A program made the position numbers and the translations under genes. Shown in pieces: positions 47,278 to 57,849 of a DNA stretch of 64,000 bases. The stretch spans positions 10,101-74,100 of the forward strand of contig PBNL01000024.1 of the NCBI GenBank assembly GCA_002723115.1, given 5' to 3'. The notes under the pieces are model-generated. The model made no database searches. It saw only the letters and a program-made list of their open reading frames with translations, and had not been told where the DNA came from. Origin of the DNA: Methanobacteriota archaeon (GTDB taxonomy: Bacteria; Bacteroidota; Bacteroidia; Flavobacteriales_D; Sanyastnellaceae). How positions within the stretch are numbered: the first letter of the stretch is position 1; every line of letters starts with the position of its first letter.

Positions 47278-49399
47278 AGGGGGAATACAAACCATAAGAT
47301 TTTGGATGATATTCGTCCTATTCTGCTTCATCTCATTGGGGATCTTTGCCAGGATTCTTGCAATACAATTTGTAGAGCATAACCATTGGATAAATAAGGG
47401 AGCTGAATATTCTGAAAGTGTAAAAACTATTGAACCTTCTAGAGGCCAAATCCTTGCAAAAGACGGCTCCCTACTAGCTATTAGCGTTCCCGTATACAAC
47501 CTAAGCTGGGACAGTCAATGTGAAGCGATAGATTGGGATTCATACAATTTATACAAAGACGAACTGTGTGAGGAATTGTCTAAAATTCTTGGCAAAAGTG
47601 CTGACCACTACTCTGAGTTATTAAATAAGGCGAGGCTTGCTGAAAGTAGATACCAACTTTTTGGAAGAAACATTCCTTACACAAAGTATAAGGACCTTAA
47701 GAATATCCCATTCATAAATAGAGGGCGTTACAAAAGTGGTTTTGTTTTTGAAAGGAATGAAGTGAGAAACAAACCATTTGAACCACTTGCTGGGAGAACT
47801 ATAGGTATTGATCGTGATAGTCATAGAGTAGGGATAGAATTAGCTTGGAATAAAGAATTAGGCGGAGTTGAGGGCAAGCAACTTCAACACAGAATTTCAG
47901 GTGGGGAATGGCTACCTGTTACTGACGATTTTATATCCGAACCACAACAGGGTTTAGATGTAGTTACAACTATTGATATGCATCTTCAGGACGTTGCAAC
48001 ATCATCTTTAAAGAGGCAGCTAAAAAAGCACGATGCAGGTTGGGGCATTGTGGTATTGATGGAAGTTGAGACTGGATATGTTAGAGCAATTTCTAATCTA
48101 ACTAGATCTGAATCTTCAAATGGAGATGTGTACTATTCAGAGTCATACAATCACGCTTTGGGGTCAGCTGTAGAGCCTGGATCGACATTTAAACTAGCAT
48201 CACTTATGACTTGCCTTGAGTCTGGCAAAATTCAATTGACAGATTCAATAGATACGGGTAATGGTATAGTTGAGTTCCATAAAAGAAAAATGAGGGATTC
48301 AAATTGGGACAAGGGTGGACATGGGAAAATATCTCTAGAGCAAGTTTTCTCAATGTCGTCCAATGTTGGGTCTGCTCTTGCTGTAAAACAATGCTTCAGT
48401 CTAGAACCTCAAAAGTTTCTTGATGGACTACAGAAAATTGGCATCACACAACCTTTAGGAATAAATCTAGTTGGCGAGGGGGATCCCAAAGTGTACTCTA
48501 CAGTTGGAGAAGGAGCTTGGTCTGGTATTTCTCTTACTCAAATGGCAATTGGTTATGAGGTTACTCAAACACCTCTACAAACTCTGGCATTATACTCAGC
48601 CGTCGCAAATAATGGCAAATTAATGAGACCTGTTTTTGTTACTCAAACACAAAGAAAAGGTGAGGTTGTTGATGAGTTTGGCCCTGAGTTAATCAATGAT
48701 AGAATATGCTCGGCCAGCACTCTTAAGGCTTGCAAAAAAATGATGGAAAGCGCATGCGTTCCAGGTGGAGAAGGAACTGCAGCTAATATTTTTAATAAGA
48801 GCCCATACACTGTAGCAGGGAAAACTGGAACATGTAAAATTGCACATAACGGAAGCTATGAAGACGGTAGATACAGGGCTTCATTTACAGGCTATTTCCC
48901 AGCAGAAGATCCAAAATTTTCATGCATAGTCGTTGTCTCAGATACTAAGAGTGGATCGTATTACGGAAGTACAATAGCAGCTCCTGTATTTAGAGATTTA
49001 GCAGATCTTATTTATGCAACTGACCCAGGATTCCACGAAATTTTAGAGGAACCTCTTTTAGCTGATAACAACAGACATCTTCCCACTGCAAACAATGGAG
49101 AGAGATCAGAAGTGGTATATCTATATGAAACTCTTGGAGTTCCATATGTAGACAGAAGCGGTGGTTCGGATTGGGTTAGAGTAAGCACTTCTCAAGACAC
49201 AGTAAACCTGTCAAAAAGAGAAATAATTGATAAGACTATGCCAAACGTAAAAGGCATGGGGCTTAAAGACGCTCTCTACTTACTCGAAAATGCAGGCATT
49301 AGAGTTTACTACGAAGGGACTGGTGTTGTTAAGAGTCAGAGTGTTAACCCTGGAACACCTTTTACTCAAGCATCTACAATAAAACTCATTCTATCGTGA
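47270..49399 (+). CDS. ftsI: peptidoglycan D,D-transpeptidase FtsI (class B PBP) with C-terminal PASTA
   Basis: Has the motifs STFK (PGSTFKLAS), SSN (SMSSNVG) and KTG (GKTGT), plus a C-terminal PASTA-like MPNVKGMGLKDALYLLENAG. Confidence 0.9.
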   Translation: MSKGGIQTIRFWMIFVLFCFISLGIFARILAIQFVEHNHWINKGAEYSESVKTIEPSRGQILAKDGSLLAISVPVYNLSWDSQCEAIDWDSYNLYKDELCEELSKILGKSADHYSELLNKARLAESRYQLFGRNIPYTKYKDLKNIPFINRGRYKSGFVFERNEVRNKPFEPLAGRTIGIDRDSHRVGIELAWNKELGGVEGKQLQHRISGGEWLPVTDDFISEPQQGLDVVTTIDMHLQDVATSSLKRQLKKHDAGWGIVVLMEVETGYVRAISNLTRSESSNGDVYYSESYNHALGSAVEPGSTFKLASLMTCLESGKIQLTDSIDTGNGIVEFHKRKMRDSNWDKGGHGKISLEQVFSMSSNVGSALAVKQCFSLEPQKFLDGLQKIGITQPLGINLVGEGDPKVYSTVGEGAWSGISLTQMAIGYEVTQTPLQTLALYSAVANNGKLMRPVFVTQTQRKGEVVDEFGPELINDRICSASTLKACKKMMESACVPGGEGTAANIFNKSPYTVAGKTGTCKIAHNGSYEDGRYRASFTGYFPAEDPKFSCIVVVSDTKSGSYYGSTIAAPVFRDLADLIYATDPGFHEILEEPLLADNNRHLPTANNGERSEVVYLYETLGVPYVDRSGGSDWVRVSTSQDTVNLSKREIIDKTMPNVKGMGLKDALYLLENAGIRVYYEGTGVVKSQSVNPGTPFTQASTIKLILS

Positions 49400-50862
49400 A
49401 ACTACTGAAAGACTTATTATACGACGTTAGAATTGAAGAAGTGTTTGGCACAACTCACGTTGCTGTGGAAAGTGTTAGCATTGACTCTCGTTCAGCAAAG
49501 CCCATGGGATTGTTTGTTGCAATTAAGGGCACTCAAGTTGATGGGCACGATTATATTGCTTCAGCTTTAGCAAATGGAGCAACAACCATAGTTTGTGAGG
49601 ATGTACCTGAAGGAGCAGACAGTATTGAGGGAACTACTTTTGTAAAGGTAAAAAACAGCTCAGAGGCTTTAGGACACATCGCTTCATCTTTCTACGACAA
49701 TCCAACTTCTGAAATGAAGGTAGTTGCTGTCACGGGAACAAATGGCAAGACAACAACTGTTAGTCTTCTTCATAGTCTTTTCAGAATTATGGACAGAAAA
49801 GCAGGGATGATAGGAACTGTTGAGAATAAGATAAATGACAGATCTGTTGAATCAACTCACACTACTCCTGATGCTATTTCTATTCAAAAGCTTTTTAGAG
49901 ACATGGCAGATGAAGGATGCAAGTTTTGCTTCATAGAAGCCAGTTCTCATGCTATAGACCAAAACAGATTAGCAGGCACCAAATTCGCTGGGGCGGTATT
50001 CACCAATATCACTCATGACCATTTGGACTATCACCAAACATTTGATAATTACATCTCAGCTAAAAAGAAATTATTTGATGTCCTTCCTTCTAGTGCATTT
50101 GCTTTAACTAATGCTGATGACACACACTTTGAGGATATTATTTCAGATTGCAAAGCAAATTGCATCACTTATGGAGTTAATGCATATGCAGACGAGAGAG
50201 CAAGAATAGTCGAAAACCAACTTCAAGGCCTCCACCTACACATAAATGGACAAGACCTGTATTCTCGACTTGTTGGTGGATTCAATGCATCTAACCTATT
50301 AGCAGTTTATTGTGTGGCTAAAAGTTTGGGCTTTGATTCTCTAGTTACACTTACTTCTATGTCATTATTGACTCCACCTGCAGGAAGATTTGAGTTAGTA
50401 GAAAGTCCCGATGGAATAACTGCAATTGTTGATTATGCACACACACCCGATGCTCTTGAAAATGTCTTAAAAACAATAGCATCATTTAAAACAGGAGGTG
50501 AAAGGATCATAACAGTAATTGGATGTGGCGGAGATAGAGACAATTCTAAAAGACCCGTGATGGCAAGAGTTGCATCAACAACATCAGATCAAGTGTTTCT
50601 CACATCTGACAACCCTAGATCTGAGGATCCAAATGCAATTATTTCAGAAATGCAAGCTGGCCTTGATCCAATAGATAAACGAAAGTGTATAGCTATTAGC
50701 GATAGACGAGAAGCAATTCGAGCAGCAGCTGCTTTTGCTGAAGCAGGGGACATCGTTCTAGTTGCGGGAAAGGGACACGAAACCTATCAAGAAATCTCAG
50801 GAGTGAAACACGACTTCGACGACAGAATAGTTCTGCGTGAGGCATTTAATCCTTCAAACTAA
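49396..50862 (+). CDS. murE: UDP-N-acetylmuramoyl-L-alanyl-D-glutamate--2,6-diaminopimelate ligase
   Basis: Has VTGTNGKTT, the DNPR motif ([10 protein letters not shown]) and the dcw position. Confidence 0.92.
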   Translation: MKLLKDLLYDVRIEEVFGTTHVAVESVSIDSRSAKPMGLFVAIKGTQVDGHDYIASALANGATTIVCEDVPEGADSIEGTTFVKVKNSSEALGHIASSFYDNPTSEMKVVAVTGTNGKTTTVSLLHSLFRIMDRKAGMIGTVENKINDRSVESTHTTPDAISIQKLFRDMADEGCKFCFIEASSHAIDQNRLAGTKFAGAVFTNITHDHLDYHQTFDNYISAKKKLFDVLPSSAFALTNADDTHFEDIISDCKANCITYGVNAYADERARIVENQLQGLHLHINGQDLYSRLVGGFNASNLLAVYCVAKSLGFDSLVTLTSMSLLTPPAGRFELVESPDGITAIVDYAHTPDALENVLKTIASFKTGGERIITVIGCGGDRDNSKRPVMARVASTTSDQVFLTSDNPRSEDPNAIISEMQAGLDPIDKRKCIAISDRREAIRAAAAFAEAGDIVLVAGKGHETYQEISGVKHDFDDRIVLREAFNPSN

Positions 50863-50867
50863 GAATC

Positions 50868-52058
50868 ATGTTGTACCACTTATTTACATATCTAGAATCA
50901 ACATATGATCTCTCAGGAGCGGGGCTTTTTGAGTTTATCACATTCAGAGCAGCGATGAGTCTCATCACTTCTCTAATTATTGGAATTGCTCTTGGAAAGA
51001 GAATTATTGAATGGCTTCAATTAAAGCAAGTCGGTGAAATCGTAAGAGACTTAGGACTACAAGGCCAAATTGAAAAGAAAGGGACTCCTACAATGGGAGG
51101 AATTATTATTCTATCTGCAATTTTAATCCCGACTCTGTTATTTGCAGACCTAACAAGCGTGTACACACATATGATGTTGCTTGTTACTGTTTGGCTTGGA
51201 ACTATTGGATTTATCGATGACTACATCAAAACATATAAAAAGAACAAAGAGGGGCTTGCAGGAAGGTTCAAAATCATAGGCCAAGTAGGTGTAGGTGTAA
51301 TTCTGGGTTCTATAATGATGTGGCATCCAGATATTGTTATTAAGGAGATGAGTGACGATGGGGTTTGGACTGCTTTGCGCTCAACAGAGACTACCATTCC
51401 ATTCATAAAGGGTAACACATTTGACTATGCCTGGATGATAAGCTGGTTGTTTGAGGATGTCAATTCATGGGTTTGGATCGTGTTCATACCAATGGTAATA
51501 CTAATTGTAACGGCTGTGTCTAATGGTGCTAACCTCACTGACGGATTAGATGGTTTAGCTACTGGTACTAGCGCAATTATTGGAATTACGCTTGCAGTCC
51601 TTGCATACGTTAGTTCAAACACTCAGATTGCAGAATACCTGGGAATCATGTACATCCCAGGGTCTGAAGAACTAGTTGTATTTATTGCTGCCTTTGTAGG
51701 AGCGTGTATAGCATTCCTTTGGTACAACGCATTCCCTGCACAGGTGTTTATGGGCGACACTGGATCTCTTGCATTAGGAGGAATTATTGCGGCATTTGCT
51801 ATTGCAATTAGAAAGGAATTATTAATTCCTGTTTTGTGCGGCATTTTCTTAATAGAAAATCTGAGCGTGGTTATACAGGTGACCTACTTCAAATACACCA
51901 AGAAAAAATACGGTGAAGGTCGGCGCATTTTCCTGATGTCTCCACTTCATCATCACTACCAAAAGAAGAACATCCACGAATCTAAAATCACAGCGCGATT
52001 CTGGATTGTGGGAATACTATTAGCTGTAATCACAATTGTAACCCTGAAGGTTAGATAA
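50868..52058 (+). CDS. mraY: phospho-N-acetylmuramoyl-pentapeptide transferase
   Basis: Polytopic membrane protein with [19 protein letters not shown] and [12 protein letters not shown]. Confidence 0.95.
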   Translation: MLYHLFTYLESTYDLSGAGLFEFITFRAAMSLITSLIIGIALGKRIIEWLQLKQVGEIVRDLGLQGQIEKKGTPTMGGIIILSAILIPTLLFADLTSVYTHMMLLVTVWLGTIGFIDDYIKTYKKNKEGLAGRFKIIGQVGVGVILGSIMMWHPDIVIKEMSDDGVWTALRSTETTIPFIKGNTFDYAWMISWLFEDVNSWVWIVFIPMVILIVTAVSNGANLTDGLDGLATGTSAIIGITLAVLAYVSSNTQIAEYLGIMYIPGSEELVVFIAAFVGACIAFLWYNAFPAQVFMGDTGSLALGGIIAAFAIAIRKELLIPVLCGIFLIENLSVVIQVTYFKYTKKKYGEGRRIFLMSPLHHHYQKKNIHESKITARFWIVGILLAVITIVTLKVR

Positions 52059-53416
52059 TGTCAGAAAACATACTCATACTTGGTGCCGGCGAAAGCGGTG
52101 TTGGGGCAGCGAAGCTAGCCTTAACTCTGGGGTACACTCCATTTGTGAGTGATGCCGGAGAGGGTAAGGCCGCTTTCTTGGCCGAACTCGACCATGATGG
52201 GGTAGAGTATGAAGTAGGGGGGCATAATCCGGGGGTTTGGCCTATGGTGGAAACTGTAGTGAAAAGCCCTGGCATACCTGAAGATGTGCAAATCGTAAAA
52301 GATCTCAAAGAAGGAGGCGCAGAAGTGATCAGCGAGATAGAATTTGCCAGTAGGCACTTCGACGGAAAAGTCATAGCAATCACTGGTGCAAATGGCAAAA
52401 CCACAACTACAGCTCTCATTTATCAATTACTCAAAGACTCAGGAGTCAACGCTTCGTGCGTAGGAAACATTGGTACAAGTTGGGCGAGAGAAATGAGCGA
52501 AGGGAATTCAGATGTGGTAGTTGTTGAGACTAGTAGTTTCCAATTAGACGGAACCTCAACTTTCAAACCTGATATAGCTGTTCTTCTGAACATAACACCT
52601 GACCATCTGGACAGGTATGACTACTCTCTTGAAAATTACGCACAGTCTAAATGGCGTATAACAGCGAACCAAACTGAAAGTGATTTCCTCGTATACAATT
52701 CAGATGACGAAGTCATTGCTGGGCTAATTGAAAAAACAGGAACTAGAGCTCAACTCATGCCTGTTACGACTGAAAAATCTCTTTTAGCTGAATGCTTAGG
52801 AGCTGGATTAAATCCAGAAAATCAAAACGAATTTTTAATACATACACATAATACAAAACCTTTTACCATGACTATTCAAGAACTGGCTTTACAAGGCAAG
52901 CACAACTTGTTTAACTCAATGGCTGCTGGTGTTACCGGCCGCATTTTGGAACTTCGCAATGAAGGAATACGAGAATCTTTAACCAATTTCGAAGGAATTG
53001 AACACCGATTAGAATACGTTGCTGACGTAAATCAAATCCGATTTATAAATGACTCTAAGGCGACTAATGTGAACAGTGTTTGGTATGCGCTAGAGTGCAT
53101 GGATAGACCTGTAATATGGATCGTTGGAGGTATAGACAAAGGGAATGATTACAGAGATCTAATCGCTCTAGTAAAGGACAAGGTGAAGCACATGATTTGC
53201 CTCGGCAAAGACAATAAAAAGCTTATTAAGACTTTCTCGAAGCATGTTGAAACTGTACACGTTGCTGAGACTGCAGAAGAAGCAGTTAGAATTGGTTACG
53301 ATCTAGGAATGCCAAACGACGCCGTACTTCTCTCACCTGCATGTGCCAGCTTCGACCTATTTGGTAGCTACGAGGAAAGAGGAAATAAATTTAAGCAAGC
53401 AGTAAGAGGACTGTAA
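52058..53416 (+). CDS. murD: UDP-N-acetylmuramoylalanine--D-glutamate ligase
   Basis: Has ILGAGESGVGAA and ITGANGKTTT, plus the dcw position. Confidence 0.92.
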   Translation: MSENILILGAGESGVGAAKLALTLGYTPFVSDAGEGKAAFLAELDHDGVEYEVGGHNPGVWPMVETVVKSPGIPEDVQIVKDLKEGGAEVISEIEFASRHFDGKVIAITGANGKTTTTALIYQLLKDSGVNASCVGNIGTSWAREMSEGNSDVVVVETSSFQLDGTSTFKPDIAVLLNITPDHLDRYDYSLENYAQSKWRITANQTESDFLVYNSDDEVIAGLIEKTGTRAQLMPVTTEKSLLAECLGAGLNPENQNEFLIHTHNTKPFTMTIQELALQGKHNLFNSMAAGVTGRILELRNEGIRESLTNFEGIEHRLEYVADVNQIRFINDSKATNVNSVWYALECMDRPVIWIVGGIDKGNDYRDLIALVKDKVKHMICLGKDNKKLIKTFSKHVETVHVAETAEEAVRIGYDLGMPNDAVLLSPACASFDLFGSYEERGNKFKQAVRGL

Positions 53417-53417
53417 G

Positions 53418-54587
53418 ATGTCAACTTGGGTTCAAGAAATAAAGGATCGCTTAGAGGGCGATAGAGTCATATGGATGGTGGCGCTGATTCTAAGTGTATG
53501 GTCACTACTTTCTGTATACAGTGCTATCTCCTCACTTGCTGTTAAGGCTGGTGGAAATTCCACGAAATTCTTAACTAAGCAAGGGATTCTACTACTCTTG
53601 GGCTTGGGAGTCATATATATTGTTCACCGAATTAATTACAAGTATTTCGCTAGGTTGGCTAATGTTGTGTATGTCTTAGCCGTAATAGCCTTGGTGTTAA
53701 CGCTTGTAATGGGATCAGATATTAATGACGCGAAGCGTTGGCTTGAAATTCCATTTGTAGGCCTTACTCTTCAAACTTCAGATTTTGCAAAAGTTGCACT
53801 AGTTATGTGGGTGGCCAAAGAGCTCCACCTCCGACGAGAACATCTTGACGATTTTAAAAACGAAGTCGTCCCCATCCTTCTGCGAATAGCAATAGTCTGC
53901 GGACTCATTCTTCCCGCCGATCTCTCAACCGCCTTGTTATTGGGAGCTGTTACAGTGGGAATGTTAGTAGTTGGTGGGGTGCCTTGGTCTAGTATTTTTA
54001 GAATCGGAGGACTTAGTATTGCCCTAGGTATGGGGCTATACGGACTTGGTAAAGTCTCACCAGAATTATTCCCCCGCTTTGGGACATGGACAAGTCGTAT
54101 TGAGCAGCACATAGGATTTACAACTGGAGGAGCTGGTCATGTTGCCAGTGAAGGTGAATACCAAATCGAACTTGCACAAGTTGCCATTCACAATGGTGGA
54201 CTACTCCCCTCTGGTCCAGGAACAGGAACTTCGAGGAACTTCCTTCCGCACCCATACTCAGATATGATCTATGCATTTATTATCGAGGAATGGGGGGCAA
54301 TAATAGGGGGGTTGGGCTTGTTACTTATCTACTTGATACTACTCTACAGAACAATAATTGCCGCAAAAAACTGCGACCGACCCTTCGGAAGCTATCTAGC
54401 TATGGGCCTTGGAATGATGATTACAATCCAAGCCCTAATCAACATGGCAGTTGCAGTTAGGCTTTTCCCAACAACAGGACAACCCCTTCCATTAGTCAGT
54501 TATGGGGGAACATCAATACTTTTCACCTGTCTCTCAATTGGAATGATCCTCGCAGTAAGTAGGGCTCCACTTTTAGCAAAAAAATAG
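53418..54587 (+). CDS. ftsW: peptidoglycan glycosyltransferase FtsW (SEDS family)
   Basis: About 10 TM helices, LQTSDFAKVAL, and PTTGQPLPLVSYGGTS near the C-terminus. Confidence 0.9.
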   Translation: MSTWVQEIKDRLEGDRVIWMVALILSVWSLLSVYSAISSLAVKAGGNSTKFLTKQGILLLLGLGVIYIVHRINYKYFARLANVVYVLAVIALVLTLVMGSDINDAKRWLEIPFVGLTLQTSDFAKVALVMWVAKELHLRREHLDDFKNEVVPILLRIAIVCGLILPADLSTALLLGAVTVGMLVVGGVPWSSIFRIGGLSIALGMGLYGLGKVSPELFPRFGTWTSRIEQHIGFTTGGAGHVASEGEYQIELAQVAIHNGGLLPSGPGTGTSRNFLPHPYSDMIYAFIIEEWGAIIGGLGLLLIYLILLYRTIIAAKNCDRPFGSYLAMGLGMMITIQALINMAVAVRLFPTTGQPLPLVSYGGTSILFTCLSIGMILAVSRAPLLAKK

Positions 54588-55733
54588 ATGCCCCAACTCG
54601 AAAGCGTTATCATATCAGGAGGAGGAACGGGAGGTCACATCCACCCAGCGCTTGCAATCGCTGACGAAATTCGCAAGCGCTACCCATCGTGCACCATCAA
54701 ATTCGTAGGCGCCCTTGGACGCATGGAAATGAGCAAAGTCCCAGCAGCAGGCTACGACATAGACGGCCTCTGGATCACCGGCATCGAACGCAAAATCACG
54801 AGCCTGCGAAACCTCAGCTTCCCTTTCAAACTCATTAGCTCCCTCCTAAAAGCAGGTCGATTAATCCGCTCATACAAACCTCAAGTAGTCATAGGCGTCG
54901 GCGTCTTCGCCAGCGGCCCAGTCCTATTCCGAGCTTCACGTCGCGGAATACCAACTCTAATCCAAGAACAGAACAGTTTCCCAGGAATCACAAACCGCAT
55001 CCTTGCCGGCAAAGTCGACAAAGTCTGTGCAGGATTCCCTGGACTATCTCGATGGTTTCCTTCAGACAAAATCGTAGAAACAGGCAACCCTCTTAGGGAT
55101 GGAGTATTAAAACTTCTTTCAGAAAAGGTGGACAGTAGAGCAGCACATTTTGGGTTGGGATCAGATAAACCATTAGTATTTATAATGGGTGGAAGTCTGG
55201 GAGCTGCATCCATGAATTCTGCTGTCAAAAAAATCGTTGAGAGCTTCATAGTTAAAGGATCAGCACCATATTCTATACTCTGGCAAAGCGGCGATAGATA
55301 TCATTCCGAATGTTCCGCTTGGTTGGAAAAGTTGGTCTCTACAAATCCATGGATAGGTGATTCTGTGAAGTGTTTGGGATTTGTCGACAGAATGGATTTG
55401 GCCTATAGCGCAGCAGATCTAATCGCAAGTCGTGCAGGAGCAATGAGTATTTCCGAACTTTCTCTTGTTGCCAAACCCACAATCCTCATTCCCTCCCCTC
55501 ATGTAGCAGAAGATCACCAAACTAAAAACGCACTTTCCCTTGTCGATAGAGACGCTGCAATCATGCTCTCCGACTCAGATGTCGTTTCAAAGCTTGGTTC
55601 GACAATCAATAAAACTCTTGGAAATTCGGATAAAACTTCTGCTATGTGCAAGGCTCTTCGATCTTGTGCTAGACCTAAAGCTTGTACAACAATAGTTGAT
55701 GAGATTGAATCACTTCTAAACTCTCGTCAATGA
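54588..55733 (+). CDS. murG: undecaprenyldiphospho-muramoylpentapeptide beta-N-acetylglucosaminyltransferase
   Basis: Has ISGGGTGGHIHPALA and the C-terminal-half motifs GGSLGA and HQTKNA. Confidence 0.92.
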   Translation: MPQLESVIISGGGTGGHIHPALAIADEIRKRYPSCTIKFVGALGRMEMSKVPAAGYDIDGLWITGIERKITSLRNLSFPFKLISSLLKAGRLIRSYKPQVVIGVGVFASGPVLFRASRRGIPTLIQEQNSFPGITNRILAGKVDKVCAGFPGLSRWFPSDKIVETGNPLRDGVLKLLSEKVDSRAAHFGLGSDKPLVFIMGGSLGAASMNSAVKKIVESFIVKGSAPYSILWQSGDRYHSECSAWLEKLVSTNPWIGDSVKCLGFVDRMDLAYSAADLIASRAGAMSISELSLVAKPTILIPSPHVAEDHQTKNALSLVDRDAAIMLSDSDVVSKLGSTINKTLGNSDKTSAMCKALRSCARPKACTTIVDEIESLLNSRQ

Positions 55734-57100
55734 ATTTTAAGGCCGCTTACTTCATAGGAATTGGCGGCGCTGGCATGAGCGCAATTGCTAGGTTTTTTAG
55801 TAAAAAAGGTCACGTAGTCAAGGGCTACGATAAAGTCTCAACCAGACTTACGGACTTCCTTAAAATAGAAGGAATAGACATCAACTTCGAAGACGACATC
55901 AACTCAATACCGTCTGACATTTTAGAACTATCTCCTGACGAATTGCTCTTAGTATACACCCCAGCAATTCCAGATACTCACGCGCAACTTTCCCATTTAA
56001 AATCGCTTGGTCACACACCCATTAAACGCGCCGAACTCTTAGGCCAAATCACTCGCGATTCTCAATCGCTCGCAATTTCAGGTACCCACGGAAAGACCTC
56101 AACCACAGCAATCCTAGCCCACATCCTAGACGGTACCCCCAACGGCTGCAACGCATTCCTCGGCGGCATAGCAGCGGCCAACAACAGCAACCTCTACCAA
56201 CACCCCGACGCACAATGGACGGTTGTCGAAGCTGACGAATTCGACCGCAGCTTCCACCACCTCAACCCCAGCCACGGCCTCATCACTTCCCTCGACCCCG
56301 ACCACCTCGACATCTACGGCTCCCCCGAAGCCTTCATCGAAGGCTTCAAAATCTTCCAGGGACAAATCTCAGGCCAAACCCTAGTCGCGTCCCCCCTCTC
56401 ACCAACCTTCCCCAACGCCCAATCCTACGGACTCGAAACCGACTCCACCAACCCAAACCATTTCGCCTACGACATCACCCACACCTCGTCCGGGATCTCG
56501 TGCTCGATCAGCCTCGACAACGGCTCCCACACCATAGAAGATCTGAAAATCCCCCTCTTCGGCGAACACAACCTTGAAAACGCGGTAGGCGCCGCAGCCC
56601 TCGCACACCTTGCTGAAACACCCCACGATATCATTTCAGAAAGGCTTCAATCCTTCCCTGGAATTTACCGTAGATTCCAAATTCACGTGAACACTGAAAA
56701 CCGCGTGTACATTGACGACTACGCGCACCACCCGACTGAAATCGCAAAGACTATAGAAGCCGTAAGAGAGCACTTCCCAAACCGCAATCTCACAGTCATT
56801 TTCCAGCCCCACCTCTACTCAAGAACCCAAGATCAATTAGAAGGATTCTGCAAAGAATTAGCAAAAGCAGACCAACTTTTTCTCCTTCCAATTTACCCAG
56901 CTAGAGAGGAATCAATTCCTGGAGTCAATACACAATTGATACTTGATAACATCTCGCACCCCCACGCCAAACTATCGACGATAAATTCCATCTTCGAGAA
57001 CTTAAAGGCATACTCCGTGGATGTTGTTCTTACCCTTGGCGCTGGCGATATTGACACTCTAGTACCCCAAATGAAAGAATTTGCTTCCATGGACGCCTAA
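55730..57100 (+). CDS. murC: UDP-N-acetylmuramate--L-alanine ligase
   Basis: Has FIGIGGAGMSAIA, GTHGKTSTTA and DDYAHHPTEI. Confidence 0.93.
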   Translation: MNFKAAYFIGIGGAGMSAIARFFSKKGHVVKGYDKVSTRLTDFLKIEGIDINFEDDINSIPSDILELSPDELLLVYTPAIPDTHAQLSHLKSLGHTPIKRAELLGQITRDSQSLAISGTHGKTSTTAILAHILDGTPNGCNAFLGGIAAANNSNLYQHPDAQWTVVEADEFDRSFHHLNPSHGLITSLDPDHLDIYGSPEAFIEGFKIFQGQISGQTLVASPLSPTFPNAQSYGLETDSTNPNHFAYDITHTSSGISCSISLDNGSHTIEDLKIPLFGEHNLENAVGAAALAHLAETPHDIISERLQSFPGIYRRFQIHVNTENRVYIDDYAHHPTEIAKTIEAVREHFPNRNLTVIFQPHLYSRTQDQLEGFCKELAKADQLFLLPIYPAREESIPGVNTQLILDNISHPHAKLSTINSIFENLKAYSVDVVLTLGAGDIDTLVPQMKEFASMDA

Positions 57101-57107
57101 AGCGGCC

Positions 57108-57842
57108 ATGAAAACTAAGATTCTCAAAATAGCATTTTCACTTCTTCTCGCAACGGGTCTTACTTCCCTTGTGGTTTTTGCTACTTTGGAAAGCGCCAAT
57201 CGCAAAGTTGAATCCATCAACATCACAATTACCGACGCTGAGAATAGCCTATTCCTAAATCCAGCACGAGTAAGAACCCACCTCGACGCATATGGCCCGC
57301 TAGTTGGTATCCTCGAAGACAAACTCCCGCTAAGCGATCTTCACGATCACTTGATGCTCATACCATCTGTGAGAAGAGCTAGCATCTATCCTACTCTTAG
57401 CGGAGAGCTCAACATCATTCTAACGCAAAAGCAACCGCAAGTTAGAGTTCACCCTGAACAAGGACCTGATTTTTATATTGATGAATTAGGACTTGCTATG
57501 CCTCTTGATCCTGTAAATTCTGCTAGGGTCCCTATCATCCATGCCAAGGATATAAATGAAGCATCTATTGGAATCGAGTTTTTAGAAAAAGTGGGTAACG
57601 ATAAGTTTTGGGCTTCATTGATAGACCAAATCATCATTCAACCCACCGGTGATATAAAGCTCTTACCACGTTTGGGCTCTCCTATCTATATCGGATCAGG
57701 CCAAGACGTAAACGAACAAAAAAAGAATCTAATCACGTTTTACCGAGAACAGGTACAAACGGGAAACCTCAAAAATTACAGCCGCATAGACTTAAGTTAT
57801 CACAACCAAGTTATTGCAACTAAATATGCCCACCTCAATTAA
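57108..57842 (+). CDS. ftsQ: cell-division protein FtsQ (POTRA-containing)
   Basis: Lies between murC and ftsA, with a short N-terminus, a TM and a POTRA-like beta-rich domain. The ATG at 57108 is preferred over the track's TTG at 57081, which overlaps murC. Confidence 0.7.
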   Translation: MKTKILKIAFSLLLATGLTSLVVFATLESANRKVESINITITDAENSLFLNPARVRTHLDAYGPLVGILEDKLPLSDLHDHLMLIPSVRRASIYPTLSGELNIILTQKQPQVRVHPEQGPDFYIDELGLAMPLDPVNSARVPIIHAKDINEASIGIEFLEKVGNDKFWASLIDQIIIQPTGDIKLLPRLGSPIYIGSGQDVNEQKKNLITFYREQVQTGNLKNYSRIDLSYHNQVIATKYAHLN

Positions 57843-57849
57843 TTCTGCC

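Noticed and set aside
52051-56626. Long antisense ORFs within the dcw genes (52051..52419, 52121..52426, 53771..54112, 54881..55249, 56126..56365, 56399..56626, all minus strand).
   Set aside because: They lie opposite strongly recognisable murD, ftsW, murG and murC reading frames. They coincide exactly with the GC-rich, C-skewed tracts, where stop codons are rare on the opposite strand. Their translations are low-complexity (G/V/A/E-rich).
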